Of a stretch of DNA of 58,517 nt, positions 8,565 to 17,731 are shown piece by piece (position 1 is the first letter of the stretch; every line of letters starts with the position of its first letter). Source of the stretch: an uncultured Candidatus Saccharibacteria bacterium (lineage in GTDB: Bacteria > Patescibacteriota > Saccharimonadia > CAILAD01 > GCA-016700035); assembly GCA_964583675.1 (NCBI GenBank), contig CAZOVH010000004.1, forward strand, positions 39,275-97,791, written 5' to 3'. The position numbers and the translations under genes were made by a program. The notes beneath the pieces were generated by a model. It had not been told where the DNA came from and made no database searches. It saw only the letters and a list, made by a program, of their open reading frames with translations.

Positions 8565-10697
8565 ATGGTGAATATGCGCATTTCTGCAGAAACACTCAAA
8601 CAGCTCCTTACCTCGAGCGGCAAAGTAACGCCCGAGGTGCTGCAGCAAGCTGAAACTACCGCCACGCAAACCGGTCAGCCACTTGAACAAATAGTGGTCC
8701 ATCGCCACATTATTGGTGAGCGCGAGCTGGTGGCGCTGTATGCCAAAAGCCTAAACCTTCCCTACATCGATCTTACGAATGTGAAAATTCCACGCGAGGT
8801 GCTTTCGCGCATACCAGAACGCATCGCCAAAAAATATCAGGTTGTATTGTTTGGGCAAGATGCAAAAACTGGCACCTGGCAGCTGGCGATGTCCGACCCC
8901 GAAGATGTACAAGCAGTAGATGTAATTGAAAAGCAGCTAGGTGGAAACCTGCAGGTATACGTCGCCACCCAAAGCGATGTGCTGACAGTGCTTGACCAGT
9001 ATCGTACCGGTCTGGATAACGAGATAAATAAAGCAATTCGAGAAAGCGCCGCCACGGGCCCAGCTACTACCAAGCAAGAAACTGTCACTGCTGAAGACAT
9101 TTCTGAAGACGCACCGATTGCAAAGACCGTAAATATCATTCTGGAATACGCCGTGAAGAGTGGCGCTTCGGATGTACACATCGAACCGCGCGAATCAATC
9201 GTGCAGATTCGCTATCGCATCGACGGGATTTTGCGTGAATCGATGACGCTCCCCCGCCAAATTTTGCCAGCGGTTGTGAGTCGCATTAAGATCCTCTCAA
9301 ACCTGAAGATCGACGAACATCGAGTTCCGCAAGACGGACGCTTTAAGGCGACAATTGGCTCTAAAACTGTTGCCGTTCGTGTCGCTACCCTGCCCGTGAT
9401 GGAAGGCGAGAAAGTGGTAATGCGTATCTTAAACGAGTCTACGAAAGCTGCGACCCTAGAAGAACTCGGCTTTTCCGGACAAGCGCTGAAGTCTATCAAA
9501 GACGGTATGAAACAGCCCGATGGCATGATCCTCGTAACTGGCCCAACCGGTGCTGGTAAATCTACTACTCTTTATAGCGTGCTAACACTCATGAACACTC
9601 CGAGCGTGAACATTTCTACCATCGAAGATCCGGTGGAATACCGCATTCCGGGCGTTAATCAGACTCAAGTGAATACTCAGGCCGGTATGACGTTCGCGAA
9701 CGGCCTGCGCGCACTATTGCGTCAAGATCCGAACGTAATTATGGTTGGTGAGATTCGTGATGCCGAGACTGCCAACCTTGCCGTGCAAGCAGCTCTCACC
9801 GGCCACACCGTACTTTCTACCCTGCACACCAACAACGCGGCCACGACTTTGCCACGACTTCTAGACATGAACATTGAGCCTTTCTTGATTGCCACCACTG
9901 TCAACACCGTGATTGCGCAGCGCTTGGTGCGCAAACTTTGTCCGAAATGTAAGACCCCATACACCCCAAGTGGTGCCCTGCTCGATGAAATTGAGTCAAC
10001 GTTTAATTTAAACCGTACTCTTGCCCACCTAAGCCCTAAAGCTAAATCAGCTGCTCCAACAGCTCCAGAAAAACCAGCCGAGACCACAGCAAATCCAGCC
10101 CCTGCTGCACCTAGGCCAATTGCCGATACCGCCCCGCCGGTTCGCAAACAAGATCCAAACCGTAAAGTTATCCCGGTGCCAGAAAATCTGGACTTAGAGC
10201 GTCGCAGCATCTTAGACCGCATCGCTCAAGACCCAAATATTATCGACCGCCCATCTGGTGATGGTGATGACAGCTCAATTGGCTTGCCGCCAGAAGAAGC
10301 TAATCTGACACTCCCGCCCAAACCCGCAGAAGCAGGCGCCGCGAAGATTCAGCAAATTGCCGAAAAACCGGAGGAAAAGCCTACAAAAGAAGTTGATTCA
10401 CTCGATGAAATGCCACCGGCTAGCACGCCAAATACAAGCGCCGAAACGCTTGTTCTATACCGCGCCGTGGGCTGCAAGCAATGTGGTAATAGCGGCTTCT
10501 CTGGCCGTATGGGAATTTACGAAGTGCTTGATGTATCCGCAGAAATCGGCACACTCATTACCTCCAAAGCAACAGCTAACGAAATCCAAAAAACAGCAGT
10601 TGAAAAAGGCATGACCACTATGCAGGAAGACGGCCTAGAAAAAGCACTTCAGGGTCTCACCACCATTGAAGAAGTCCTACGCGTGACTCGCGAATAA
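8565..10697 (+). CDS. pilB: type IV pilus assembly ATPase PilB (GspE family) with a large low-complexity insertion
   Basis: T2SSE_N-like N-terminus, Walker A GPTGAGKSTT, Asp/His boxes, CPKC ... CKQC tetracysteine motif. The start could instead be the ATG at 8574. Confidence 0.9.
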   Translation: MVNMRISAETLKQLLTSSGKVTPEVLQQAETTATQTGQPLEQIVVHRHIIGERELVALYAKSLNLPYIDLTNVKIPREVLSRIPERIAKKYQVVLFGQDAKTGTWQLAMSDPEDVQAVDVIEKQLGGNLQVYVATQSDVLTVLDQYRTGLDNEINKAIRESAATGPATTKQETVTAEDISEDAPIAKTVNIILEYAVKSGASDVHIEPRESIVQIRYRIDGILRESMTLPRQILPAVVSRIKILSNLKIDEHRVPQDGRFKATIGSKTVAVRVATLPVMEGEKVVMRILNESTKAATLEELGFSGQALKSIKDGMKQPDGMILVTGPTGAGKSTTLYSVLTLMNTPSVNISTIEDPVEYRIPGVNQTQVNTQAGMTFANGLRALLRQDPNVIMVGEIRDAETANLAVQAALTGHTVLSTLHTNNAATTLPRLLDMNIEPFLIATTVNTVIAQRLVRKLCPKCKTPYTPSGALLDEIESTFNLNRTLAHLSPKAKSAAPTAPEKPAETTANPAPAAPRPIADTAPPVRKQDPNRKVIPVPENLDLERRSILDRIAQDPNIIDRPSGDGDDSSIGLPPEEANLTLPPKPAEAGAAKIQQIAEKPEEKPTKEVDSLDEMPPASTPNTSAETLVLYRAVGCKQCGNSGFSGRMGIYEVLDVSAEIGTLITSKATANEIQKTAVEKGMTTMQEDGLEKALQGLTTIEEVLRVTRE

Positions 10698-10708
10698 GGA
10701 GTCGATAC

Positions 10709-11926
10709 TTGGAAACCTACACCTACCAAGCTCACTCGCATAACGGCCAGATAATTAGCGGCTCCCAACAGGCAAGCTCAAAAAAAGAAGTTGTCGACTC
10801 CCTGCTTGCAAAGGATATGACGCCAGTTTCGATTGAAGCTACGAGTGATTCGAGTGTTGGTAAAAAAATAAAAAACCTCCTGCCGCACGGCCGCGTATCG
10901 ATGAAAGAGCGTGTGATATTTTCGCGCCAGTTTGCCACCATGATTGGTGCCGGCATACCAATCGCCCGATCTCTTTCGATTCTAAAAACTCAGACTTCCA
11001 ATAAAACGCTTGCGGCCGCGCTTGAGACCATTGCGCATGACGTAGAATCTGGCTCAACCCTCTCAGATAGCATTGCCAAATTCCCGAAGATTTTTAGCCC
11101 GGTTTATATCTCAATGGTTCACGCCGGTGAGATTGGCGGGATTTTAGATGACGTCTTAAATCGTTTGGCCGATCAAATGGAGAAAGACTCTGAGTTAGTC
11201 AGTAAAGTCCGTGGCGCCATGGTCTATCCTGGTCTCATCTTTGTAGTGATGGTGGCGGCACTCATCTTCATTATGACAGTTGTGGTGCCTCAGCTTGAGG
11301 TGGTATTTGATGCCGTCGACACCGAGCTACCATGGAACACTCAACTGTTGCTTAACCTATCTGCTACCATGCGCTCCCAAGGTATACTCATTGGCATTGT
11401 TGCCGTCGCAGCAGTTTTCTTTTTTCTGCGCGTCGCTAAAAAGAACCAAAAACTTCGCCGTGGCCTGCACCGCCTATATCTCAAGATTCCTGTCTTCGGT
11501 ATGGTTATTCGCAAGATAAATATTGCCCGGTTTGCGCGAACCTTTGGAGCTCTCCTAGGTGCAGGTATCCCCGTTTTGGATGCGCTTAAGGTTGTGAGCG
11601 ACTCCCTTTCAAACATCATCATGCAAGATGAACTCAAAGCCGCATCAACCGCCGTTCGAAATGGAGGCAGCATCGCGAAATCATTAAAGTCGAGCAAAGT
11701 CTTTCCGGTGATTGTGCCAGAGATGATCGCGATTGGTGAAGAAACTGGTGAACTCGAAAAAATCCTTACGAAGCTTGCAGATTTTTACGACAAAGAAGTG
11801 CAATCATTGGTCGCAAATCTCTCGGCCATCATCGAGCCGATGATGCTGATTGTGATGGGTAGCTTGGTTGGTTTTATTATCGTCAGCGTAATTGGTCCGC
11901 TGTATCAGTTGACGAGCGGCTTCTAA
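10709..11926 (+). CDS. pilC: type IV pilus platform protein PilC (GspF family)
   Basis: Two T2SSF repeats and 3 TM segments. TTG start, 7 nt after AGGAG. Confidence 0.9.
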   Translation: METYTYQAHSHNGQIISGSQQASSKKEVVDSLLAKDMTPVSIEATSDSSVGKKIKNLLPHGRVSMKERVIFSRQFATMIGAGIPIARSLSILKTQTSNKTLAAALETIAHDVESGSTLSDSIAKFPKIFSPVYISMVHAGEIGGILDDVLNRLADQMEKDSELVSKVRGAMVYPGLIFVVMVAALIFIMTVVVPQLEVVFDAVDTELPWNTQLLLNLSATMRSQGILIGIVAVAAVFFFLRVAKKNQKLRRGLHRLYLKIPVFGMVIRKINIARFARTFGALLGAGIPVLDALKVVSDSLSNIIMQDELKAASTAVRNGGSIAKSLKSSKVFPVIVPEMIAIGEETGELEKILTKLADFYDKEVQSLVANLSAIIEPMMLIVMGSLVGFIIVSVIGPLYQLTSGF

Positions 11927-11941
11927 CCTGTTGGGAGCGAG

Positions 11942-11970
11942 TTGACCGCTAAACATAAGCGCAATATAAT
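11942..11970 (+). promoter_or_regulatory. sigma-70-type promoter for the pilin gene
   Basis: TTGACC, a 17-nt spacer, then TATAAT. Confidence 0.6.
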
Positions 11971-12016
11971 TTAACCATCATTATCGAATTAATAATCGGA
12001 GGATAATCCTTACGTC

Positions 12017-12427
12017 ATGCAATTAGCAATCCGCAAGCAAAAGGGCTTCACACTGCTCGAACTGCTCATCGTTATCGTGATCATTGGTATTTTGATCGCA
12101 CTGGTTCTCCCGAACCTCATTAACGGACCAATTCGCGCTCGTGACGTCCGTCGAAAAGAAGACTTGAATGCCATTTCGAGTGGTCTCGAGCAATACTACA
12201 ACGATAACCAAGCCTACCCAGCCGCCATGGCCGACCTTACTGCTGGAAGCTACCTCAAGGAAGTACCAAAGGATCCACGCAGTAACGCAGATTATACCTA
12301 CACTGCTCTGCCAGCCACCGGACCTCCTTACACCAGCTTTACCCTTACTGCTACTCTTGAAAACAAGAATGACAAGGACGTAAAGTCTGGCACTACAGAC
12401 ACCTACGAAGTAGTGAACAAGCAATAA
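12017..12427 (+). CDS. type IV (major) pilin with class III signal peptide
   Basis: MQLAIRKQKG/FTLLELLIVIVIIGIL: prepilin cleavage/methylation motif with Glu+5. Confidence 0.9.
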   Translation: MQLAIRKQKGFTLLELLIVIVIIGILIALVLPNLINGPIRARDVRRKEDLNAISSGLEQYYNDNQAYPAAMADLTAGSYLKEVPKDPRSNADYTYTALPATGPPYTSFTLTATLENKNDKDVKSGTTDTYEVVNKQ

Positions 12428-12447
12428 GCTTTTTCTTCTCACGTACT

Positions 12448-12473
12448 AAAAGCCACTCACCGAGTGGCTTTTA
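12448..12473 (+). terminator. rho-independent terminator after the pilin gene
   Basis: AAAGCCACTC-accg-GAGTGGCTTT, a 10-bp perfect stem with a short T tail. Confidence 0.65.
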
Positions 12474-12480
12474 GGTTACT

Positions 12481-12514
12481 GCTTATGCTTGTACAATAGA
12501 GGTACAACATAAGC
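12481..12514 (+). promoter_or_regulatory. second strong hairpin between pilin and pilM (attenuator/processing candidate)
   Basis: GCTTATGCTTGTAC-aatagag-GTACAACATAAGC: 13 bp with one bulged C, followed by TTATT and the pilM ATG 12 nt later. Confidence 0.45.
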
Positions 12515-12525
12515 TTATTACACAC

Positions 12526-13602
12526 ATGTATCTCCCCGTCATCTACAAAAACCGGGCCGTCTTTGGCCTCGATATTGGCCAGCACGCTGCCAAGTTTTTG
12601 GAGTTAAAACAAACCGGACACAGCTACCGACTTATTGGTATGGGTTCGGCCCCACTGCAACCCGACACCATCATTGAGGGAGTCATTGCCGAACCGGAGC
12701 ATCTAGCCGAAATGATTAGAGCTGGACTCAAATCCCCTTCAGTCGGCCATATCCGCGCTAAGGCAGTTGCGGTTGGCTTGCCACAAGCCCATTTATTTAC
12801 CCGGTCAATTACACTGCCAGCCATGAAGCGAGAGAAAATTGCCGAGGCAGTGCAATGGGAATCTCAGCAGTACATCCCTATGCCGATGAGCGATCTTTAT
12901 ATGGACTTTGAAATTATTGAAGAAAAAAAAGACGCTTCTGGCGCCGTGAAAGAATATGAGATTTTTCTAGTTGCTGCTCCGCGCGCAATTATTGATAGCT
13001 ACATGAAACTTTTAGAATTTCTCAAACTTACGCCACATAGCTTCGAAACAACTTTAGCTGCCAACATTCGCGCCCTACATCCAGCCAGCGAGCTCAATAA
13101 AACCGTGCTTGTTCTAGATGTCGGCTCTACCGCAACAGATATGGCCATCGTTACCGATACTATTAAAGTATCGACTACCACTCCTTTTGGTGGCGATCAA
13201 GTAACCAAGATTTTAGCAACTCGCCTAAAAGTTTCAGAAGAACATGCGAATGAGATAAAAGCCAAGTTTGGCGTGGCTGAGTCGGGACTTAAAGAAAAAG
13301 TTGATGCCGCATTAAGCTCGGCAATTACTCAACTCACCACCGAAATTCAAAAGCTCGTAAAATATCATCAAGAACGCACAGCCGACGAGCATCATCGGCA
13401 AGTTGAGCAACTCTTACTCACCGGTGGTGCATCACATATGCCAGGCTTTGCTGAGTTATTGGCGCAAAAAACTCAGCTACCTGTAGATATCACATCCGCA
13501 TGGGATCACCATAAAGTAAAACTCGCCTCACCATTACCTCAAGATGTTACATCTGGTTTTACTACGGCCTTTGGCCTGGCTCTGCGAGGGTTTATTTCAT
13601 GA
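12526..13602 (+). CDS. pilM: type IV pilus assembly protein PilM (actin-like ATPase fold)
   Basis: GLDIG N-terminal phosphate-1 motif, LTGGAS near the C-terminus, and position upstream of pilN/pilO. Confidence 0.85.
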   Translation: MYLPVIYKNRAVFGLDIGQHAAKFLELKQTGHSYRLIGMGSAPLQPDTIIEGVIAEPEHLAEMIRAGLKSPSVGHIRAKAVAVGLPQAHLFTRSITLPAMKREKIAEAVQWESQQYIPMPMSDLYMDFEIIEEKKDASGAVKEYEIFLVAAPRAIIDSYMKLLEFLKLTPHSFETTLAANIRALHPASELNKTVLVLDVGSTATDMAIVTDTIKVSTTTPFGGDQVTKILATRLKVSEEHANEIKAKFGVAESGLKEKVDAALSSAITQLTTEIQKLVKYHQERTADEHHRQVEQLLLTGGASHMPGFAELLAQKTQLPVDITSAWDHHKVKLASPLPQDVTSGFTTAFGLALRGFIS

Positions 13603-14153
13603 TTAACTTACTCCCGCCAGAGATTAAAGAGCAGCGACGCTATTCTCAATACAATCGAACACTACTGAATGCAATCATCGGTGTGACTATTTTGATTATT
13701 GTTACAGCCGGAGCATTTTATGCAACCTGGCTTATATTAAACAAAGAAGAGGATCGGCTTGCGCAAGACATCAATCAAGAGGGTGTTAAATCGAAATCGT
13801 ACGGGGAAATCGAGGATCAAGCCAAAGCCCTAGCCGACCGACTCGCCACCATAGAAAAAATTCAAACAAATCGCACCCGGTACCCGGTACTACTCGAAGC
13901 CCTTGCAGAGGCAACCCCGCCTGATGCTTACGTAACCAGCTTTGCTGTGGATGCTGCCGGTAAAACTATGACCCTCACAGCCTATGCCACAACCGATCAA
14001 GCAGCCGCTAGCTTTAAAAATGCACTCGAAGCCTCTCCAAGATTTAGCTCAGCCGCCATACAGGTGCTTGAGCCAGCCACAGATCCATACTCTGGCAAAG
14101 CTACAAACCGCGTAACTTTTGTAGTTGGCCTCGAACCGGGAGCCCTCAAATGA
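13599..14153 (+). CDS. pilN: type IV pilus assembly protein PilN
   Basis: MINLLPPE start motif, a single TM and a coiled segment. ATGA overlap with pilM. Confidence 0.8.
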   Translation: MINLLPPEIKEQRRYSQYNRTLLNAIIGVTILIIVTAGAFYATWLILNKEEDRLAQDINQEGVKSKSYGEIEDQAKALADRLATIEKIQTNRTRYPVLLEALAEATPPDAYVTSFAVDAAGKTMTLTAYATTDQAAASFKNALEASPRFSSAAIQVLEPATDPYSGKATNRVTFVVGLEPGALK

Positions 14154-14707
14154 AAGCTAAGCTGTTCTTCTTTTTCTTATGTGCAGTTTTGGCAATCCTA
14201 ACTGTCGTTGGAGCAAGCGGCTTTGCTTGGGGACGCAACCAGCTAATCACACAAAAAGAAGCAGTCAATGAGAAAAAACTAGAGCTCGACAATAACCAAA
14301 AGCGAATTGATCAACTCATCCAACTTTCCAGGCGCTACGAGACTGCGAAATCTCGTGCCGATGAGATTGATCGTGCCCTCCCTCGCACTTCGCAGCAAGC
14401 CGAAATACTGCTCGAACTTAAATCTGCTGCTGCAGAAACCGGCGTAATAATTGCTAGCGTGCAATTTACCGGTGCCGCAACGCCAACCAAGGCCGAGACA
14501 AATCAGGCCACCGCTCAGCAAGATCTTTACGTTCTGCCCATGTCACTGCGTGCAGCTGGTAGTTATCCGCAAATTATTGCTTTCCTAAATCGACTCGACA
14601 CACTAAGTCGTTACAACTCTGTCACATCACTTACTGCAAATAAGACTCAAACCAACCCCAACACGCTGGATGTAAGCATGTCGCTTGTGGCGTACCTAAA
14701 ACCATAG
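14150..14707 (+). CDS. pilO: type IV pilus assembly protein PilO
   Basis: N-terminal TM, a coiled coil, and a ferredoxin-like C-terminal part. 4-nt overlap with pilN. Confidence 0.7.
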   Translation: MKAKLFFFFLCAVLAILTVVGASGFAWGRNQLITQKEAVNEKKLELDNNQKRIDQLIQLSRRYETAKSRADEIDRALPRTSQQAEILLELKSAAAETGVIIASVQFTGAATPTKAETNQATAQQDLYVLPMSLRAAGSYPQIIAFLNRLDTLSRYNSVTSLTANKTQTNPNTLDVSMSLVAYLKP

Positions 14708-14713
14708 GAGATA

Positions 14714-15025
14714 ATGATGAACTTAAGTATGAAGCTCGATATAAATACCGTAAAAACCCTCAGTAAAAAGCTTGGGAAATCAATTGGCATTGTACTTGTA
14801 TTGCTCGTCGGTGGCTTTGTTATCTATACAGGGTACTTTCTCACCAACCTGCTCTACACCACTGGTGACACCACAGCGCTAGAGAAAAAACAGGCCGAAT
14901 CGAGTGCCGCTAAACAGGTGCGATTTAACGAAAAAACGCTTCAATCACTCGATGCTCTCACACCAGCCGGAACTACACCCAACACCCAAGATGTCGGTAA
15001 AGAAGATCCGTTTGCACCAAACTAA
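14714..15025 (+). CDS. small single-TM protein, last gene of the pilus operon
   Basis: 103 aa, one TM helix, 6 nt after pilO. No recognisable family. Confidence 0.5.
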   Translation: MMNLSMKLDINTVKTLSKKLGKSIGIVLVLLVGGFVIYTGYFLTNLLYTTGDTTALEKKQAESSAAKQVRFNEKTLQSLDALTPAGTTPNTQDVGKEDPFAPN

Positions 15026-15027
15026 AC

Positions 15028-15681
15028 TTAGGCTTTTTTCTTCGGTAACGTAAAGTTGTTGTCACCATCCATATCTGGCTCTGCTGGTGCTTTACGAATC
15101 AGCCCATCACCTTCAACGGGCTTGGTTTCAGCAAATTTTTCGTACGTTTCAACAATAATTGCCTTTACCGCATACGGATTTGGCACATAGTCAAAATGAA
15201 ACAGTTCTTTCTCGCCTGCAGTCTGTACGATTACCGTGCCATACTGAAAGATAGTTTGCATCGGCCCTTTCACTTGCACTGAAATGTCTTGCACGCGGCT
15301 AAGTCGCAGCGTTGCGATAGTGCGCTGAAACAACCCAACTTGATCCATATCGACAATATTTTCATCAGTAATAAAGAGCCTATTCTGCCACCATACATAA
15401 ATTGATGCCGTAGCCATAAAACAAGCCAACAATATTCCACCTAGACCAATAGGAATAAGAGGAATTGGCATGGCAGTAGTCGTGTACCCAGCAAAATCTG
15501 TCGCAGGTATACCAGGGTCGCCGGCAGCGCCATAATAAATTGCAACGAGGCCCAAAACAAACAAGAGTACCGCCACACTCACATACGGCAAAACTGCCAT
15601 AACGTGCTTGTGAATTACTCTCTGAACAACTTCACTTTCGTCTTGCCCGGGGTAGCGGTGATCTCGTTGATGCATAGCCAT
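15028..15681 (-). CDS. membrane protein with bacterial PH (bPH_2/YdbS-YdbT-like) domain
   Basis: Two TM helices followed by LFITDENIV...GTVIVQTAG, typical of bPH_2. Confidence 0.6.
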   Translation of the reverse strand: MAMHQRDHRYPGQDESEVVQRVIHKHVMAVLPYVSVAVLLFVLGLVAIYYGAAGDPGIPATDFAGYTTTAMPIPLIPIGLGGILLACFMATASIYVWWQNRLFITDENIVDMDQVGLFQRTIATLRLSRVQDISVQVKGPMQTIFQYGTVIVQTAGEKELFHFDYVPNPYAVKAIIVETYEKFAETKPVEGDGLIRKAPAEPDMDGDNNFTLPKKKA

Positions 15682-15689
15682 ATTTTACG

Positions 15690-16739
15690 CTATTTTTCTA
15701 GCTCCAAGGTAGTTTGCGGTGCAGAACTTTCCGATGGCGGGATGAGACCAAGGTGCCGATAGCCTTTCTCGCTAACCGTTCGACCACGCGAGGTGCGCCG
15801 TAAAAGTCCTTGCTGAATAAGGTAGGGCTCCACAACGTCTTCGATCGTCTGACGCTCTTCGGAGAGCGCGGCGGCTAGAGCCTCTACCCCGGCTGGTCCA
15901 CCATTATAGTGATCAATAAGCGTCTGCAAAATTCGACGATCTGCACTGTCTAGGCCCAATTCATCAACCTCCAACAAAGCGAAAGCCGCTGTGAGCACAT
16001 CACTATCAACCACCCCATTATTGTGTACTTCAGCATAATCACGAATTCGCCTGATAAGTCGATTGGCAATACGTGGTGTCAGCCTTGAGCGCGCCGCAAG
16101 TTCCGTCAGCGCTTCGTCATCAACTTGAATCTTCATGAGTCGCGAAGTTCTTGCCAAAATTCCCGATATTTCCTCTGGAGTATAGAACTCTAAGCGCTGC
16201 ACAATACCAAACCGATCGCGCAGCGGCCCAGACAATGCGCCAAACCGAGTGGTAGCACCAATAATCGTAATCGGCGCCAGCTCCAGACGTAGCGACTGGG
16301 CAGAAGGCCCCTTGCCGAGCATAATATCAATCACATAATCTTCCATAGCCGGATACAAAATCTCCTCTACCGTGCGGCTCAAGCGATGAATTTCGTCAAT
16401 AAATAGCACATCACCCGCACTAAGATTTGTCAGCAAGCTCGCCAAATCACCAGCACGCTCGATTGCCGGACCAGAGGTTATCTTCAGTTGACCGCCCAGC
16501 TCGTTGGCTACAATATGGGCCAGCGTAGTCTTACCAAGCCCCGGTGGGCCATACAGAAGCACATGATCAAGCGCATCACCACGTTTTTTTGCGGCCGCAA
16601 TCGCCAACGTGAGCGCGTCAATCGCCTGACGCTGTCCAATGTATTCGTTAAAGCTTCCCGGGCGTATCTTTTCCTCAAACTGAGTCTCATCTGGAGTGGC
16701 CTCAGGTCGTACCAAGTCGTCTTGCCGCTCGATCATCAA
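15690..16739 (-). CDS. ruvB: Holliday junction branch-migration helicase RuvB
   Basis: GPPGLGKTT Walker A, DEIHRL Walker B, and a winged-helix C-terminus. Confidence 0.95.
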   Translation of the reverse strand: MMIERQDDLVRPEATPDETQFEEKIRPGSFNEYIGQRQAIDALTLAIAAAKKRGDALDHVLLYGPPGLGKTTLAHIVANELGGQLKITSGPAIERAGDLASLLTNLSAGDVLFIDEIHRLSRTVEEILYPAMEDYVIDIMLGKGPSAQSLRLELAPITIIGATTRFGALSGPLRDRFGIVQRLEFYTPEEISGILARTSRLMKIQVDDEALTELAARSRLTPRIANRLIRRIRDYAEVHNNGVVDSDVLTAAFALLEVDELGLDSADRRILQTLIDHYNGGPAGVEALAAALSEERQTIEDVVEPYLIQQGLLRRTSRGRTVSEKGYRHLGLIPPSESSAPQTTLELEK

Positions 16740-17293
16740 CCAATCTCCCGTAGTGCCTGGCGCACGCGCTCAGATGTGTCCAACGTAGCATCAACACTCT
16801 TTAAGGCAGCCTGAGCCTGATCAGCGCGATAACCCAATTGCACGAGCGCCTGCATGGCTGGGTCGGATGTTTTTACACTGGCAGCCACATCACCAGACAC
16901 TAGCTTGCCGCGCAGCTCTAAGATGATCCTCTGCGCAGTCTTTCGCCCCACTCCACTTACCTGACTAAGGCGCGCAATTTCTTCAGCATCAATAATTGTG
17001 GTGAGCGTCTCAGCGTCATACGTAGATACGATTGCATGTGCCATTTTTGCACCTACACCGTTAACACTAATTAGCTTTCGGTACAGCTGCCGCTCAGCTT
17101 CAACTCGAAAACCATACAGATCGTAGCTATCTTCGCGAATATTTTCGGCAATAAAAAATGCTACCTTCTCACCAAGCTCCACCGAAGCAATATCACGAAC
17201 GGGCACGATTAACTCATAGCCGACCCCATGGACGTCTAAAACTATTCGATCGTAATCACGGGTGGCCACCGCCCCCTCCAAGCGTGCTATCAT
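16736..17293 (-). CDS. ruvA: Holliday junction DNA-binding protein RuvA
   Basis: MIARLEG start, HhH motifs (VNGVG, VSGVGRKTAQRI). 4-nt overlap with ruvB. Confidence 0.9.
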   Translation of the reverse strand: MIARLEGAVATRDYDRIVLDVHGVGYELIVPVRDIASVELGEKVAFFIAENIREDSYDLYGFRVEAERQLYRKLISVNGVGAKMAHAIVSTYDAETLTTIIDAEEIARLSQVSGVGRKTAQRIILELRGKLVSGDVAASVKTSDPAMQALVQLGYRADQAQAALKSVDATLDTSERVRQALREIG

Positions 17294-17397
17294 GTCTGCA
17301 TTATCTCACATTCTCGTGCAAAAGGTCTTGCTCACGAACCTTTTACGGGCGTAGTATGCAAATAAGCATGTACCTTACACGGAAAGCGGGAGGGCAA

Positions 17398-17700
17398 ATG
17401 GCCATCGACGATGTTGAGGCTACCGGTGTTGTCGAAGATACCGACAGCGATGCAACCTGGCAGATGTTCGCCAACTGCCTAGGAGCCGATCCAGATCTGT
17501 TCTTCCCCGAGCGTGGTGCATCCACCAAGGAAGCGAAGTCCGTCTGCCAGGGGTGCGTCGTCCGCGAAGACTGCCTGGAATACGCCCTTGCTCAAGGTGA
17601 GAAGTTCGGCATCTGGGGTGGCCTCTCTGAGCGTGAGCGTCGTCGCATCCGCCGCCAGCGTGCTTTGACACGAGCCTACCAGCAATCGCGTCAGATCTGA
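17398..17700 (+). CDS. WhiB-like (Wbl) Fe-S transcription factor
   Basis: C-x26-CxxCx5C (ANC...CQGCVVREDC), the GIWGG turn and an Arg-rich tail. GGGAGGG lies 5 nt upstream of the ATG at 17398. G+C is about 58% by hand count. Confidence 0.85.
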   Translation: MAIDDVEATGVVEDTDSDATWQMFANCLGADPDLFFPERGASTKEAKSVCQGCVVREDCLEYALAQGEKFGIWGGLSERERRRIRRQRALTRAYQQSRQI

Positions 17701-17731
17701 CCCGACATCACCTACTTTCACGCCGCGTTCT

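Noticed and set aside
8548-8576. Extended -10-like TGCTAAAAT just upstream of pilB, suggesting a leaderless or near-leaderless pilB mRNA.
   Set aside because: There is no convincing -35, and the spacing to both candidate ATGs (8565, 8574) is ambiguous. This is too speculative without transcript data.
9722-10222. 166-aa minus-strand ORF antisense to the pilB insertion.
   Set aside because: It is a low-complexity Gly/Ala/Arg-rich shadow of the Pro/Ala-rich sense frame and lies within an intact pilB.
17158-17397. N-terminal extension of the WhiB ORF to 17158.
   Set aside because: The extension overlaps the ruvA start region on the other strand, is Pro/Arg/His-rich junk, and lacks a ribosome-binding site. 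The ATG at 17398 has GGGAGGG upstream and gives a normal 100-aa Wbl.
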